Origin: Nitrosomonas communis
GTDB lineage: Bacteria > Pseudomonadota > Gammaproteobacteria > Burkholderiales > Nitrosomonadaceae
NCBI RefSeq assembly: GCF_024102715.1
Contig: NZ_JAGFJM010000009.1
Span: forward strand, 4,041 to 68,040
Direction: 5' to 3'
Length of the DNA stretch: 64,000 bases
The position numbers were made by a program, and so were the translations under genes. Shown in pieces: positions 34,418 to 44,053 of this stretch (its first letter is position 1; each line of letters begins with the position of its first letter). The notes under the pieces were generated by a model. It saw only the letters and a program-made list of their open reading frames with translations, did not search any database and was not told the origin of the DNA.

Positions 34418-35605
34418 TCACCGAGCAAGTGACGAATGCAACATGGTAAAAGTTCTACAAACGTGTTCGATTTGCTCAAAAGTGTGCGCTGCATTTACGC
34501 TGCAGCGCACCAATGATTTACCCTCAGGTGCAGCAGGAGGAAGAATCAAATTAACGTATATGCCATTCTCAAGCAAGCCATTCCATAAAGCCAATGCCTG
34601 CTGGGGATTATCTAATATAACTGCTACGACAGGCCCAGGCTCTGGACCAACCTGATATCCGAGCATCTTAAGATGCGAATAGAGCTGTCGTGCATTTCTC
34701 CAAAGCTGCTCACGTAATTTACTACCGTTTCGTAACAACCTCAAAGCCGCACGTGTTGCTGCAATGGTGGCCGGCGAAGGCGAAGCGGTAAAAATATAAG
34801 GATGACTAACATAACGCAACTGATCAAGCTGCGGATGATTACTGACACAATAGCCACCTACCCCACATAAACTTTTACTAAAGGTACCCGTAATAAAATC
34901 AACTTCATTGATGAGCCCAGTTTTTTCAACGAGGCCTTGTCCGGTTTCACCCAGAACACCGAGCGAATGAGCTTCATCCAGCAGTAACGTGCTGTTATAA
35001 GCATTTTTCAGGTTCACAATTTCCGCCAAAGACGCTTGATCACCCAACATACTATAAATACCTTCAACGATAATGAGCGTATTTCTGCTACGATCACCTA
35101 GTCGACGAAGACGTTTTTCTAAATCCACCATATCATTGTGCCGAAAGCGAATGATATCTGCTCCGCTTAGAATACATCCATCATAAATACTTGCATGGGA
35201 ATCGCCATCAATAAGCGCTACGTCACCCGCACCTATTAGGCCTGAGATCGTGCCAAGATTAGCTTGATAACCTGTGGTAAAAACGATACAGGAGCGGCAT
35301 TGGTAAAAATCGGCAAACTCTATCTCTAATGCGCGATGCCCTGAATAATTTCCATTTGCCATTCGAGAGCCTGTGGTACCCGTTCCTTCCTTATCGATTG
35401 CTTCATGCGCCGCTTCCCGACATTCCGGTGCAAAACTAAGTCCCAAGTAATTATTAGTACCAAGAAGCAAAATATGACGATCACCAATCCTTGCTTCTGT
35501 TGGAGAATAGATTTCTTCTATGGGTATTCCAAAAGCACTTAACCCAGTTGGCAATTGCGCCTTCCTGGCGGCAGCGGCTGCATCAAGCTTCTCTAGTAAA
35601 TTCAT
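34418..35605 (-). CDS. spt: Serine palmitoyltransferase (alpha-oxoamine synthase family)
   Basis: GTNNYLGL, GSRMANG, HASIYDG, DEAHSLG, PLP lysine in GTFSKS; operon with ACP and FAAL. Confidence 0.85.
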   Translation of the reverse strand: MNLLEKLDAAAAARKAQLPTGLSAFGIPIEEIYSPTEARIGDRHILLLGTNNYLGLSFAPECREAAHEAIDKEGTGTTGSRMANGNYSGHRALEIEFADFYQCRSCIVFTTGYQANLGTISGLIGAGDVALIDGDSHASIYDGCILSGADIIRFRHNDMVDLEKRLRRLGDRSRNTLIIVEGIYSMLGDQASLAEIVNLKNAYNSTLLLDEAHSLGVLGETGQGLVEKTGLINEVDFITGTFSKSLCGVGGYCVSNHPQLDQLRYVSHPYIFTASPSPATIAATRAALRLLRNGSKLREQLWRNARQLYSHLKMLGYQVGPEPGPVVAVILDNPQQALALWNGLLENGIYVNLILPPAAPEGKSLVRCSVNAAHTFEQIEHVCRTFTMLHSSLAR

Positions 35606-35859
35606 TTTGGAACCGCCTTGATTCTGTAAATCAAATTAGCAAGATCACGAACAGTAAGTACATCTGCAAGTGCGTTTAATGGTATAGAAATATCAAAGTT
35701 GTCCTCTAGCTCCATGATAAGATTCAATAATTTTATGGAATCAATCGCTAGTTGAGTAATGAGATTTGTTTCTGGTGTAATTTCAAGCTCTGCATTCGCA
35801 AAACTCGCCAGACGTTCACATAATAAATGCAGAATATCTTCTTGCTTAATTTCTACCAT
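35602..35859 (-). CDS. Specialised acyl carrier protein for SPT
   Basis: LAIDSIKLLNLIMELEDNFDISIP (phosphopantetheine Ser); overlaps the spt start by 4 bp. Confidence 0.9.
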   Translation of the reverse strand: MVEIKQEDILHLLCERLASFANAELEITPETNLITQLAIDSIKLLNLIMELEDNFDISIPLNALADVLTVRDLANLIYRIKAVPK

Positions 35860-35874
35860 TCGTTAATTAAAAAA

Positions 35875-36795
35875 TCAGAGTTTTATCAATTGTGGCAATG
35901 TATCACAGAGGCGAAAATTAGGATACCAGCATACTAGATCTCGCCTCAAAGGCGTAATATCGCACACCCAGTCAGGGTATTGTAATTCGCGTACTTTTCC
36001 TGGAGTTAACATTGGTGAATAGTTTAATAATCGAGATGCCCACAAATTAATACTGGCAATTAATTGAAGCATGAATGCGGGCACTCTAATACATCTAACC
36101 GGCTTGCCTAAAATATCTTGTGCAATAGCTGCCACTAATTGATAGGTATAACCACCCGCTCTACCATCATCAAGTTCGAAGGTCCCTATAATGGGTTTAT
36201 CAATTTGCAACCAGCAATGAATTGCTGCTACCAAATCATTAACGTGCAGCAATCCAAAACGATTAGTCAAACGACCTACTGATGGTAGTACACCATAACA
36301 AGTTGCCTTAAAAAGTGGCTGCAGCTCTTTATCACCTGGGCCATACACAGCCGCTGGACGGAAAATAGTGCATGACATCTTGTGCGAGCAATCATTAATC
36401 AGTTGCTCAGCTTTGAATTTACTCGTTGCATACCATGAAAGTTCAGGGTTTCTTGCAGCGAGCGAAGATATAAAAAGGAAACGTGGTTTAGAGTTCTGTT
36501 CAAAGGCTGCCTGCAGCAGATTACCTGTACCTGTTACGTTATTATGCAAAAAACTTCCCAGAGAGCTACCTCTTACCGCACCCGCACAGTGTATAACTGC
36601 GTATACTCCCCCAACAAGCTTTTGTAGCGCTGCATGATTATCTAAATCCCCATATATCCACTCTAGGTTTTCTCGCTTCGCAGTCGAGAACTGCCGAGTT
36701 AATGCGCGTACTTTCCAGCCATTTTCCAGCAGCGCATCAAGCAATGCTCGACCGATAAACCCAGTGGCGCCTGTTATTGCCACCACTCGTGACAT
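35875..36795 (-). CDS. NAD-dependent epimerase/dehydratase-type SDR, putative ceramide reductase (CerR-like)
   Basis: TGATGFIG, SSLAA, YATSK (YxxxK), VYGPGD; sits between FAAL and ACP as in the known sphingolipid locus. Confidence 0.75.
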   Translation of the reverse strand: MSRVVAITGATGFIGRALLDALLENGWKVRALTRQFSTAKRENLEWIYGDLDNHAALQKLVGGVYAVIHCAGAVRGSSLGSFLHNNVTGTGNLLQAAFEQNSKPRFLFISSLAARNPELSWYATSKFKAEQLINDCSHKMSCTIFRPAAVYGPGDKELQPLFKATCYGVLPSVGRLTNRFGLLHVNDLVAAIHCWLQIDKPIIGTFELDDGRAGGYTYQLVAAIAQDILGKPVRCIRVPAFMLQLIASINLWASRLLNYSPMLTPGKVRELQYPDWVCDITPLRRDLVCWYPNFRLCDTLPQLIKL

Positions 36796-36801
36796 TTAAG
36801 A

Positions 36802-38631
36802 TTATCTGTCTCCAGACTGAACTGCAGATATCTGATCAGTTATGTTTGCACGTTGAAGAAACCCTTGGCGTGCGGCAAAGCGCGACAGCTTACCCGATGA
36901 TGTTCTCGGCAACGTATGAGGCGGCACCAGCTCAACCAGACAATTAACACCAAAAGCCATATAAACCATCTGCTGCAGCCGACTCATCAGAGACTGTCTC
37001 TCCTCCACAGAAGCTAAACGGCACTCAACAACCAATACGACAATAGTCGTATCATCAGATCCATTAATCCCAAAAGCCGATGCTTCACGCGATCTGACTT
37101 CCGGCTGTTGCTCTGCAAGCTCTTCTATATCTTGAGCGCGAATATTTCGACCATTAACAATAATCACATCAGTACGGCGCCCTGTAATATACAAATCGCC
37201 ACCGAGAATAAACCCAATATCGCCTGTATCAAGCCACCCTCCCGGCTTTAATGCTTTATTAGTTTCTTCCTGATTATTAAAGTATCCGGTCATAATACTC
37301 TTTCCTTGGACCAGAACACTACCAATCATCATCTGAGGCAACTCCTCTCCATTATCATCAACAATCTTAACTGTATGATCAGGAAGTGGGCGGCCGCAAT
37401 TGACAAACTCATTAAATTTCCTACCTGCTGCTTGTACCCGTACCGCCATTTTCTTTTCAACCAGCGTTTTAGTATCAACTTGCAAACTCGTTGCACCCTG
37501 GTTAATTTTCGAAAAAGAAACTGCAAGCGTAGATTCTGCTAAACCATAGCATGGTAAAAAAGCACGTTCATCAAAGCCTGCTGCAGAAAATTTATCTGCA
37601 AAATTTCTTAAAATATCTGGCCGGATCATTTCGGCTCCAATTCCCGCTGCACGCCAACAGCTCAGATCAAGCTCCTTCAGATCTGACTCACGTACTCTTA
37701 ATGCGCAAAGCTTAAGTCCAAACGGTTGACTAAAAGCAACGGTACAACGGTTGCGGCTAATTAATCTTAGCCACTGCAGAGGTCTAATAGCAAAATCTCG
37801 GGTTGCCAAATAATCCACTGAGAGCTGGGCAGCCATTGGCGACAGTACAAGACCTACCAAACCCATATCATGATAAAACGGAAGCCAAGAAGCGCAACGA
37901 TCGTTAGCGTGCACTTCTAATCCATTGCGCACTATCCCCTGAAGATTACACATCAAAGCTCGTTCTGTTATAACGACACCGCGGGGCATTCGTGTACTAC
38001 CTGAAGTAAATTGTAAATAGGCGGTCTCTTCCGGAGAATTGGGCTGTAAAGCCACCTCAGCTTCTGGAAGCATATCAAGCTGACTTGGTGTACCCACCCA
38101 TTGTAAGCAATTGGTGCTTAAACCTTCTACTGCTTCTTCAAGAAATCCAACAAAATCGAGATTAGCTATTGCAATACTTGCCTGACTACTTTCAAGCATA
38201 CCTCGCAGCTGCCGAACATATATTGCGTGACTGCCAAGATTAACGGGTATTGGCATTGCAAAAGGTACTAGTCCTGCATAGCGACATGCAAAAAATAACA
38301 CAATAAACTCAGGTGTTGTATCAGCAATTAACGCCACCCGATCGCCGCGCACGAGCCCCAAGCTAGATAAACGGCGAGCAATCACACGCGCATTCTGCTT
38401 AAGTAAATTATAGGAAAGTACCGATCGCAACTCTCCCTTTGCATCGTAAAAATTATATCCTGTCGCCCCGTCTGCCGCATACTCCAGTGCGTCAGTCAGC
38501 GTATCAAAATCTGCTAACCGCTGAGTTAGCGTATTAGCAGTAGGTGTCGCTGCCATTGACAATTTGCTTGAAGGCTGAGTATCAGATTCTTGCATTAGCG
38601 GATCCCCCAGCGTAATTATTGTCGAACTCAA
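36802..38631 (-). CDS. Fatty acyl-AMP ligase / acyl-ACP synthetase
   Basis: YLQFTSGSTRMPRGV, SWLPFYHDMGL, CYGLAESTL, DTGD, PRTSSGK. The true start may be ATG 38595. Confidence 0.9.
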   Translation of the reverse strand: MSSTIITLGDPLMQESDTQPSSKLSMAATPTANTLTQRLADFDTLTDALEYAADGATGYNFYDAKGELRSVLSYNLLKQNARVIARRLSSLGLVRGDRVALIADTTPEFIVLFFACRYAGLVPFAMPIPVNLGSHAIYVRQLRGMLESSQASIAIANLDFVGFLEEAVEGLSTNCLQWVGTPSQLDMLPEAEVALQPNSPEETAYLQFTSGSTRMPRGVVITERALMCNLQGIVRNGLEVHANDRCASWLPFYHDMGLVGLVLSPMAAQLSVDYLATRDFAIRPLQWLRLISRNRCTVAFSQPFGLKLCALRVRESDLKELDLSCWRAAGIGAEMIRPDILRNFADKFSAAGFDERAFLPCYGLAESTLAVSFSKINQGATSLQVDTKTLVEKKMAVRVQAAGRKFNEFVNCGRPLPDHTVKIVDDNGEELPQMMIGSVLVQGKSIMTGYFNNQEETNKALKPGGWLDTGDIGFILGGDLYITGRRTDVIIVNGRNIRAQDIEELAEQQPEVRSREASAFGINGSDDTTIVVLVVECRLASVEERQSLMSRLQQMVYMAFGVNCLVELVPPHTLPRTSSGKLSRFAARQGFLQRANITDQISAVQSGDR

Positions 38632-39258
38632 GATCTTCCCCTCGAAGTAATGGTGCTGGTCATCTTATTCTAAAACCATTTTAACGCAATAATCCCCAAA
38701 GACACTTTTTATCAATGCGTTAGATAATCATCCATACGCTTCTATTTTTCGTTGCTTATTAAACACAACTGTCTCATATTCGTTGACGAAGGAGCTTATA
38801 GTAAGGGTGATTTCTCTGTCAAGGTTATATTGATCATCTGTTGTTTTATAACAACAGTCATGTTATTGATTCGATCACACCAACCTTGCTTGAAACCATA
38901 TTGCTCCTAATGGCAACCAGATAAAACACATTTATCTCAACTGACCACCCAGTAGCGCTATCAGCAAAGCGGCTCTAGTACCCCAGAAATCTCTAAAGTT
39001 AAAACTCTCTCACCAATTCTTTGATCCCCTTCTCAGAAGAAATAATGCCTTGCCCCGACAGGAGTCAACTCAACAATTCTTCACATAGCTCTGTTAACAG
39101 ATCAGATTAATGCTTTATATTCAGTTTGGCTGATAAAATCACTGCAATAAACCATGACATGGTATATCCCATGCTAACAACGAATAACAATAAGAAATCA
39201 ATCAATCTCGTGATCTTTCTTTTCGGTACATTTTAAAACATTTACCTTGACATCGCCC

Positions 39259-39711
39259 ATGTCCAAACTGCTGCTATTTGGTTACGGTAATCCAAGCCGT
39301 GGTGATGACGCGCTTGGTGTCAATCTTATCGATCGCATAACATTATTACGCTTTAATCGCGTTGAATGCCAAAGTGATATGCAGCTTCAAATTGAGCATG
39401 TGACAGATTTGATTAATTGCGATCAGGTATTGTTTATCGATGCAGATCTGTCTTGCGCGGAACCTTATGTTTATTCTAAAGTGGTGGCGGCAAAAGACGG
39501 CAGCTATACGACACATGCCATGACACCATCCGCTCTGTTACACGTGTATCAAGAAGTGTATGGATGCGCTGCACCACCATCTTTTCTACTAAGGATTCGC
39601 GGCTACCATTTTGGACTCGACACTGCACTAAGTATCAAAGCAACGGTCAATCTTGAAGTAGCGGTAGCGCTGACCAGCAGATTATGTAAAATTGGTAATC
39701 TCGAAATCTGA
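39259..39711 (+). CDS. [NiFe]-hydrogenase maturation protease (HyaD/HoxW family)
   Basis: GYGNPSRGDDALG, VLFIDA, TTHAMTP. The ORF opens at TTG 39247; ATG 39259 preferred. Confidence 0.88.
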   Translation: MSKLLLFGYGNPSRGDDALGVNLIDRITLLRFNRVECQSDMQLQIEHVTDLINCDQVLFIDADLSCAEPYVYSKVVAAKDGSYTTHAMTPSALLHVYQEVYGCAAPPSFLLRIRGYHFGLDTALSIKATVNLEVAVALTSRLCKIGNLEI

Positions 39712-40049
39712 TGAAAGACCTATATTATTCATGACGCTCGCCGATGAATAGATAAAAAACTTTGCTTTAATCTGTTCCACGCTTGCTTGTACGCTTTAAC
39801 GTATTGCAAGACTTGATTGATATATCAGCAGAAACAGATCCATCGGTCAGAAACACCCTGGCTCCCAGAAGCATATCTACTGCCAGCTAATTCTGCGGCA
39901 ATTAAAATTGTTATTAATTCAATATTATGCTTAACAATAAAATTGCCTAACCACTCAAATGATAAACAATCATTTAGAAATTATTGAAAATAAAAATGAA
40001 TCAATCTTATATCATGACAGCAAGACTGTCATTTGTTTGCAATTGATAG

Positions 40050-40712
40050 TTACCGCAGACTAATAATTGGCCAGCCATTCCTTTGCGCATGCCCTTCAAG
40101 CGTGGCATCAGGATCAACGGCAACGGGGTGCGTCACTTTCTTCAAAAGTGGCAAATCATTCAGTGAGTCACTATAAAACCAGCTTTCTAGAAAAGAAAGC
40201 CAAGTCAAATTATGCTCATCTAGCCATTTTTCCAATCGTGCGATTTTCCCTTCTCTGAAGCAAGGTATTCCTGATACTCGACCGGTGAATTGACCATCTT
40301 TCTGTTCTGGTTCGGTGGCAATCAGATGATCAATACCCAATATCCGCGCAATCGGTGCAGTAACGAAGCTGTTTGTTGCCGTTATGATGATGCATAAATT
40401 TCGCTCAAGTTTATGCTTTGCAAGCAGATCACGTGCGCCTCGTGCAATCAAGGGCCTGATTTTTTTCTGGATGAATTCACTGCGCCACGCATCAAGCTGC
40501 TCCCGTGGGTGCCTGGCAAGTGGCTTTAACTGGAAATCAAGAAACTCATGAATATCGAGCGTCCCTGCTTTGTATTGTTCATAGAATTCAATATTCCGCG
40601 CTTCATATACCTCTCGATCAAGCACTTTCTGTTCGATTAGAAATTGTGCCCATTGAAAATCACTATCCCCAGCGAGAAGCGTATTATCAAGATCAAATAA
40701 AGCTAACTTCAT
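40050..40712 (-). CDS. HAD-IB family phosphatase (SerB-like)
   Basis: FDLDNTL, ITATN, YSDSLNDLPLL; 4-bp overlap with hda. Confidence 0.9.
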   Translation of the reverse strand: MKLALFDLDNTLLAGDSDFQWAQFLIEQKVLDREVYEARNIEFYEQYKAGTLDIHEFLDFQLKPLARHPREQLDAWRSEFIQKKIRPLIARGARDLLAKHKLERNLCIIITATNSFVTAPIARILGIDHLIATEPEQKDGQFTGRVSGIPCFREGKIARLEKWLDEHNLTWLSFLESWFYSDSLNDLPLLKKVTHPVAVDPDATLEGHAQRNGWPIISLR

Positions 40713-41389
40713 GATGCAACCTGTAATAATTCACGTAATAAAGGAAGAGTTATTTGTCGCTGCTTAGCAAGCGAATAACGATCCAATGCATCAATCACTC
40801 TGATCAGAGTAGGCAAATCGCGCTGTTCGTGCCGTAGCAGGTAATCGCAAATCTCCTGAGGCAACTCAAACCCACAGCTGATTGCATGACTTTTCATAGC
40901 TTCTCTTTTCTCCTCATCATTTAATTCATGTATCTGATAAACTAATCCCCAGCCAAGACGCGTAACTAGATCCTGGCGTAAAGCCAGTTGTGCCGGAGAT
41001 ACTTCGCCACTTATCAATAATAATGCATCTCCTTCCTCTCGTAGCTGGTTATAAAAATTAAACAATCTGATTTGAGCCGCTGAGCCCAATCGCTCTACAT
41101 TATCGATCGCTACGCAGTCGATAAAATCCACCCCAAACGCAAATTCACTATTCATTTCACATGAAACATAAATTGCCCTGAGCTGCTTCCGGATAAATGC
41201 CTCAGTCACTGCCTGCAGCAAATGACTTTTACCACATCCGGCCCTCCCCCACACGTACATAAAACGCTCCGAATTCTGACTCGTTAAAATAGCTCGGAGT
41301 GTTTGCAGTAATTCAAGATTACGTCCCGGGATAAAATTTTCCAGAGTGGGAGGCCGTGGTGGCACAATATCGAGCAACAGCTGCTTCAT
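40709..41389 (-). CDS. hda: DnaA regulatory inactivator Hda
   Basis: N-terminal clamp motif QLLL, GRAGCGKSHLL, DNVE, LVTRLGWG, ITLPLLRE. Confidence 0.93.
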   Translation of the reverse strand: MKQLLLDIVPPRPPTLENFIPGRNLELLQTLRAILTSQNSERFMYVWGRAGCGKSHLLQAVTEAFIRKQLRAIYVSCEMNSEFAFGVDFIDCVAIDNVERLGSAAQIRLFNFYNQLREEGDALLLISGEVSPAQLALRQDLVTRLGWGLVYQIHELNDEEKREAMKSHAISCGFELPQEICDYLLRHEQRDLPTLIRVIDALDRYSLAKQRQITLPLLRELLQVAS

Positions 41390-41462
41390 AGACGCATACG
41401 GGGATTATTTCAGAAAAATAACTCCGCTTTATTCCTTAATAGCACAGATATCAGCACCTGTT

Positions 41463-41969
41463 TCAAGATAAACGTATCGTTCTGGACTCATTGTCTCCAA
41501 TTTTCGGCAGACAAACAGTCAGCACACCGTTTTTGTAATTAGCCTCCGCTCTTTCGGTATCCACATTGCGTGGCAACGGAATCGATCGCTGGAATGTTCC
41601 ATAGGCACGCTCCATAATATGGTAGGTACTATCATGCGTGACCCGCTCGAAGCGTTTTTCTCCACTTAGATAGAGCATGCTGCCATCAATGGTAATATGC
41701 CAATCTTCTTTTTCAATACCAGGCACTTCCACGCGCACAATGATCTCTTTATCTGTCTCCTCCACCTCCCCCGCTAAGAGGCTCCACCGTGGAAGTACGG
41801 GTAGCTGACTATCGCTTTCCGTCGCCGTTTCATCTTTACTATGTGAAAAATGAGTTAATGCTTCTCCGCTGCGACTAAGCAGTTCACGCCAGCCTTCAGA
41901 AAGATTTTCCCAGGCACGACCCAGTTCTCGGCCGATAGTTTTTCCTGCCTCTTTTAATGATTCCAACAT
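41463..41969 (-). CDS. Hsp20/alpha-crystallin small heat shock protein
   Basis: VEVPGI, ERAYGTFQRSIPLP, ANYKNGVLTVCLPK. Confidence 0.92.
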   Translation of the reverse strand: MLESLKEAGKTIGRELGRAWENLSEGWRELLSRSGEALTHFSHSKDETATESDSQLPVLPRWSLLAGEVEETDKEIIVRVEVPGIEKEDWHITIDGSMLYLSGEKRFERVTHDSTYHIMERAYGTFQRSIPLPRNVDTERAEANYKNGVLTVCLPKIGDNESRTIRLS

Positions 41970-42032
41970 GGTTATTCTCCTCTTTCATCATTAAAAAGTA
42001 TATTGATGGCGGTTTTATATTCACTGATAACA

Positions 42033-42548
42033 TCAACGCGACCAGTTCACTCGCAGCAAGTTTTCTTCTGGATTGTAGTGAAACTCGAGCTCACCCTGAT
42101 AGGAATGATGAATCGACTCACCCATCCCGCGAGCAAGATGAATATCCGTCGTAGTAATCAATGTGGAATCAGCTTTTTCTTCAACCTCCATGATCCGCTT
42201 GAGGGGGTGTTCTGCACGCTGATGTTTTTCCTCATTATGCACAAGATGCATGATCTCATCGCGATGCGCTAAAAAGAATGCTCCCTCCAGAGTCAAAAAA
42301 CCAGCAGGAAAATGATCATGGATGCGATGGCAGGCGGGACAGACTTCTTGATGCGCGTTAGCCGGTGTAGCCAGCCACTGCCAGCGTCCCTGATGATAAA
42401 CCGCATTACACTGCGGACATACGGTCGGTTCAGGTAACTTACTTTTGGCTTTATAAGCATCATGCACTTTTTCCTGAAAAATACCATCATGGCGAGTAAT
42501 CGTATGATAGCCCGCAGGAATTTTGGAATACCCTTTAGAATGACTCAT
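42033..42548 (-). CDS. BCAM0308-family (NMD3-like, two CxxC) protein
   Basis: HDAY, EPTVCPQC, GRWQW, CPACHRI, HPLKRIM, TTTDIHLARG. AAGGAG RBS before ATG 42548; the ORF extends to 42611. Confidence 0.75.
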   Translation of the reverse strand: MSHSKGYSKIPAGYHTITRHDGIFQEKVHDAYKAKSKLPEPTVCPQCNAVYHQGRWQWLATPANAHQEVCPACHRIHDHFPAGFLTLEGAFFLAHRDEIMHLVHNEEKHQRAEHPLKRIMEVEEKADSTLITTTDIHLARGMGESIHHSYQGELEFHYNPEENLLRVNWSR

Positions 42549-42787
42549 AGCACATATCTCCTTTAATAAACATGAAATATAAGCATCATGACTTGATTTA
42601 AGAAGGCTCAAAATTCAATGTAGCACATGACTGCTTACTGAGTAATCAAAACTACGAATCCTGCTTTCTCAAGTTTCATATCCTACCTGTCTTTTAAATG
42701 ATTAACCAGATTACCATTACAAAATCAATCACCAGTTAGTTATTTAAGCGTATGATTTGAGTAGCCGACAGAAAGAAGGAGAAGGAA

Positions 42788-43414
42788 ATGTTTCGTGATC
42801 GTAAAGAAGCAGCTATGTTATTGGCAAAGCAACTGCATCCGTATCATGGTCAACACCCACTTGTGCTGGCGATTCCACGTGGCGCAGTGCCCATGGCAAA
42901 AATTATTGCCAATGCGCTAGCTGGCGACATGGATGTGGTGCTCGTACGTAAATTACGTGCACCCGACAACCCCGAATTCGCAATTGGTTCAATAGATGAA
43001 ACAGGATGGACATATCTCGCCGAATATGCCCATCAAGTGGTAGACGATCCAAGTTATATTGAAAATGAGAAAACTACCCAGCTTGAGATTATGCGTGAAA
43101 GACGTAATAGTTACACACCCATTCGCCCACCTCTTGATCCACAAAAACGGATTGTCATCATCGTCGATGATGGCTTGGCAACCGGTTCTACCATGATTGC
43201 GGCACTGCATGCTGTACGCGCCAAGCATCCTCAAAAATTGATATGCGCAGTACCCGTTGCACCCGCTGAAACTTTGGCTAAGGTTGCGCCTTATGCAGAT
43301 GAAATAGTATGCCTTGACACCCCACAACTGTTTTATTCAGTAGGACAATTCTATCAGTCATTTCCCCAGGTTAGTGATGAAGAAGTGATTGAACTTTTGA
43401 AAAAAGATCAGTAA
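42788..43414 (+). CDS. Phosphoribosyltransferase-family protein
   Basis: FRDRKEA, LAIPRGAVP, PRPP loop IVDDGLATGST, VGQFYQSFPQVSDEEV. Confidence 0.9.
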   Translation: MFRDRKEAAMLLAKQLHPYHGQHPLVLAIPRGAVPMAKIIANALAGDMDVVLVRKLRAPDNPEFAIGSIDETGWTYLAEYAHQVVDDPSYIENEKTTQLEIMRERRNSYTPIRPPLDPQKRIVIIVDDGLATGSTMIAALHAVRAKHPQKLICAVPVAPAETLAKVAPYADEIVCLDTPQLFYSVGQFYQSFPQVSDEEVIELLKKDQ

Positions 43415-44053
43415 TTATTTTAGCATACTGAAATGTTGAGCAAACCAGTCTGCCGCATGACTCGCAACCTGTTCTAGTGTGCCAGGCTCCTCAAATAAAT
43501 GAGTCGCCTCCGCTATCAAGGTAAGCTGCTTTTTGCAGTTCAATAAAGCATAGGCCTGTTGATTCAATTCAATCACGCCAAAATCAGCACCACCAACCAA
43601 CAGCAAAGTGGGTGCAGTTACTTGCCTTAAAGCTTGCTCTCCAGCAAGATCAGGGCGTCCGCCGCGTGATACGACAGCAGCAATTTTATTGCCTAATTCT
43701 GCCGCAGCCTGCAGTGCTGCAGCTGCCCCTGTGCTGGCACCAAAATACCCCACTTGTAGTGATTGCATCTTCGACTCACCTTGCAACCATGACGTTGCTG
43801 CAAGCAAACGCCGTGTGAGTAATTCGATATCAAAGCGTGTGGCATAATCCCGATCTTCCTCCTGTGTCAGTAGGTCAAACAGCAGCGTGCCTATACCACG
43901 ATCCCTTAACACGTCAGCGACATAGGTATTACGCGGACTAAAGCGGCTACTGCCGCTACCATGAGCGAATAATACGATACCTGTTGCTGAAGCAGGCAAC
44001 ATCAATTCACCGCCTAGGCGGGCAGCACCATCCTGAATAAATATCGCACTCAT
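43415..44053 (-). CDS. Dienelactone-hydrolase-like alpha/beta hydrolase
   Basis: FAHGSGSSRFSPRN, nucleophile elbow GASTG, GGAD, ATHLFEE. AGGAG RBS; ATG 44053 overlaps the radical SAM stop (ATGA). Confidence 0.88.
   Translation of the reverse strand: MSAIFIQDGAARLGGELMLPASATGIVLFAHGSGSSRFSPRNTYVADVLRDRGIGTLLFDLLTQEEDRDYATRFDIELLTRRLLAATSWLQGESKMQSLQVGYFGASTGAAAALQAAAELGNKIAAVVSRGGRPDLAGEQALRQVTAPTLLLVGGADFGVIELNQQAYALLNCKKQLTLIAEATHLFEEPGTLEQVASHAADWFAQHFSMLK

Noticed and set aside
34418-35605. Annotation as bioF or kbl
   Set aside because: The GSRMANG and GTFSKS motifs and the FAAL-SDR-ACP context fit SPT better; no biotin or threonine-catabolism genes are adjacent.
42024-42036. FNR-like box CTGAT-AAC-ATCAA upstream of hsp20
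   Set aside because: The spacer is 3 nt rather than the required 4, and the site overlaps the upstream stop codon.
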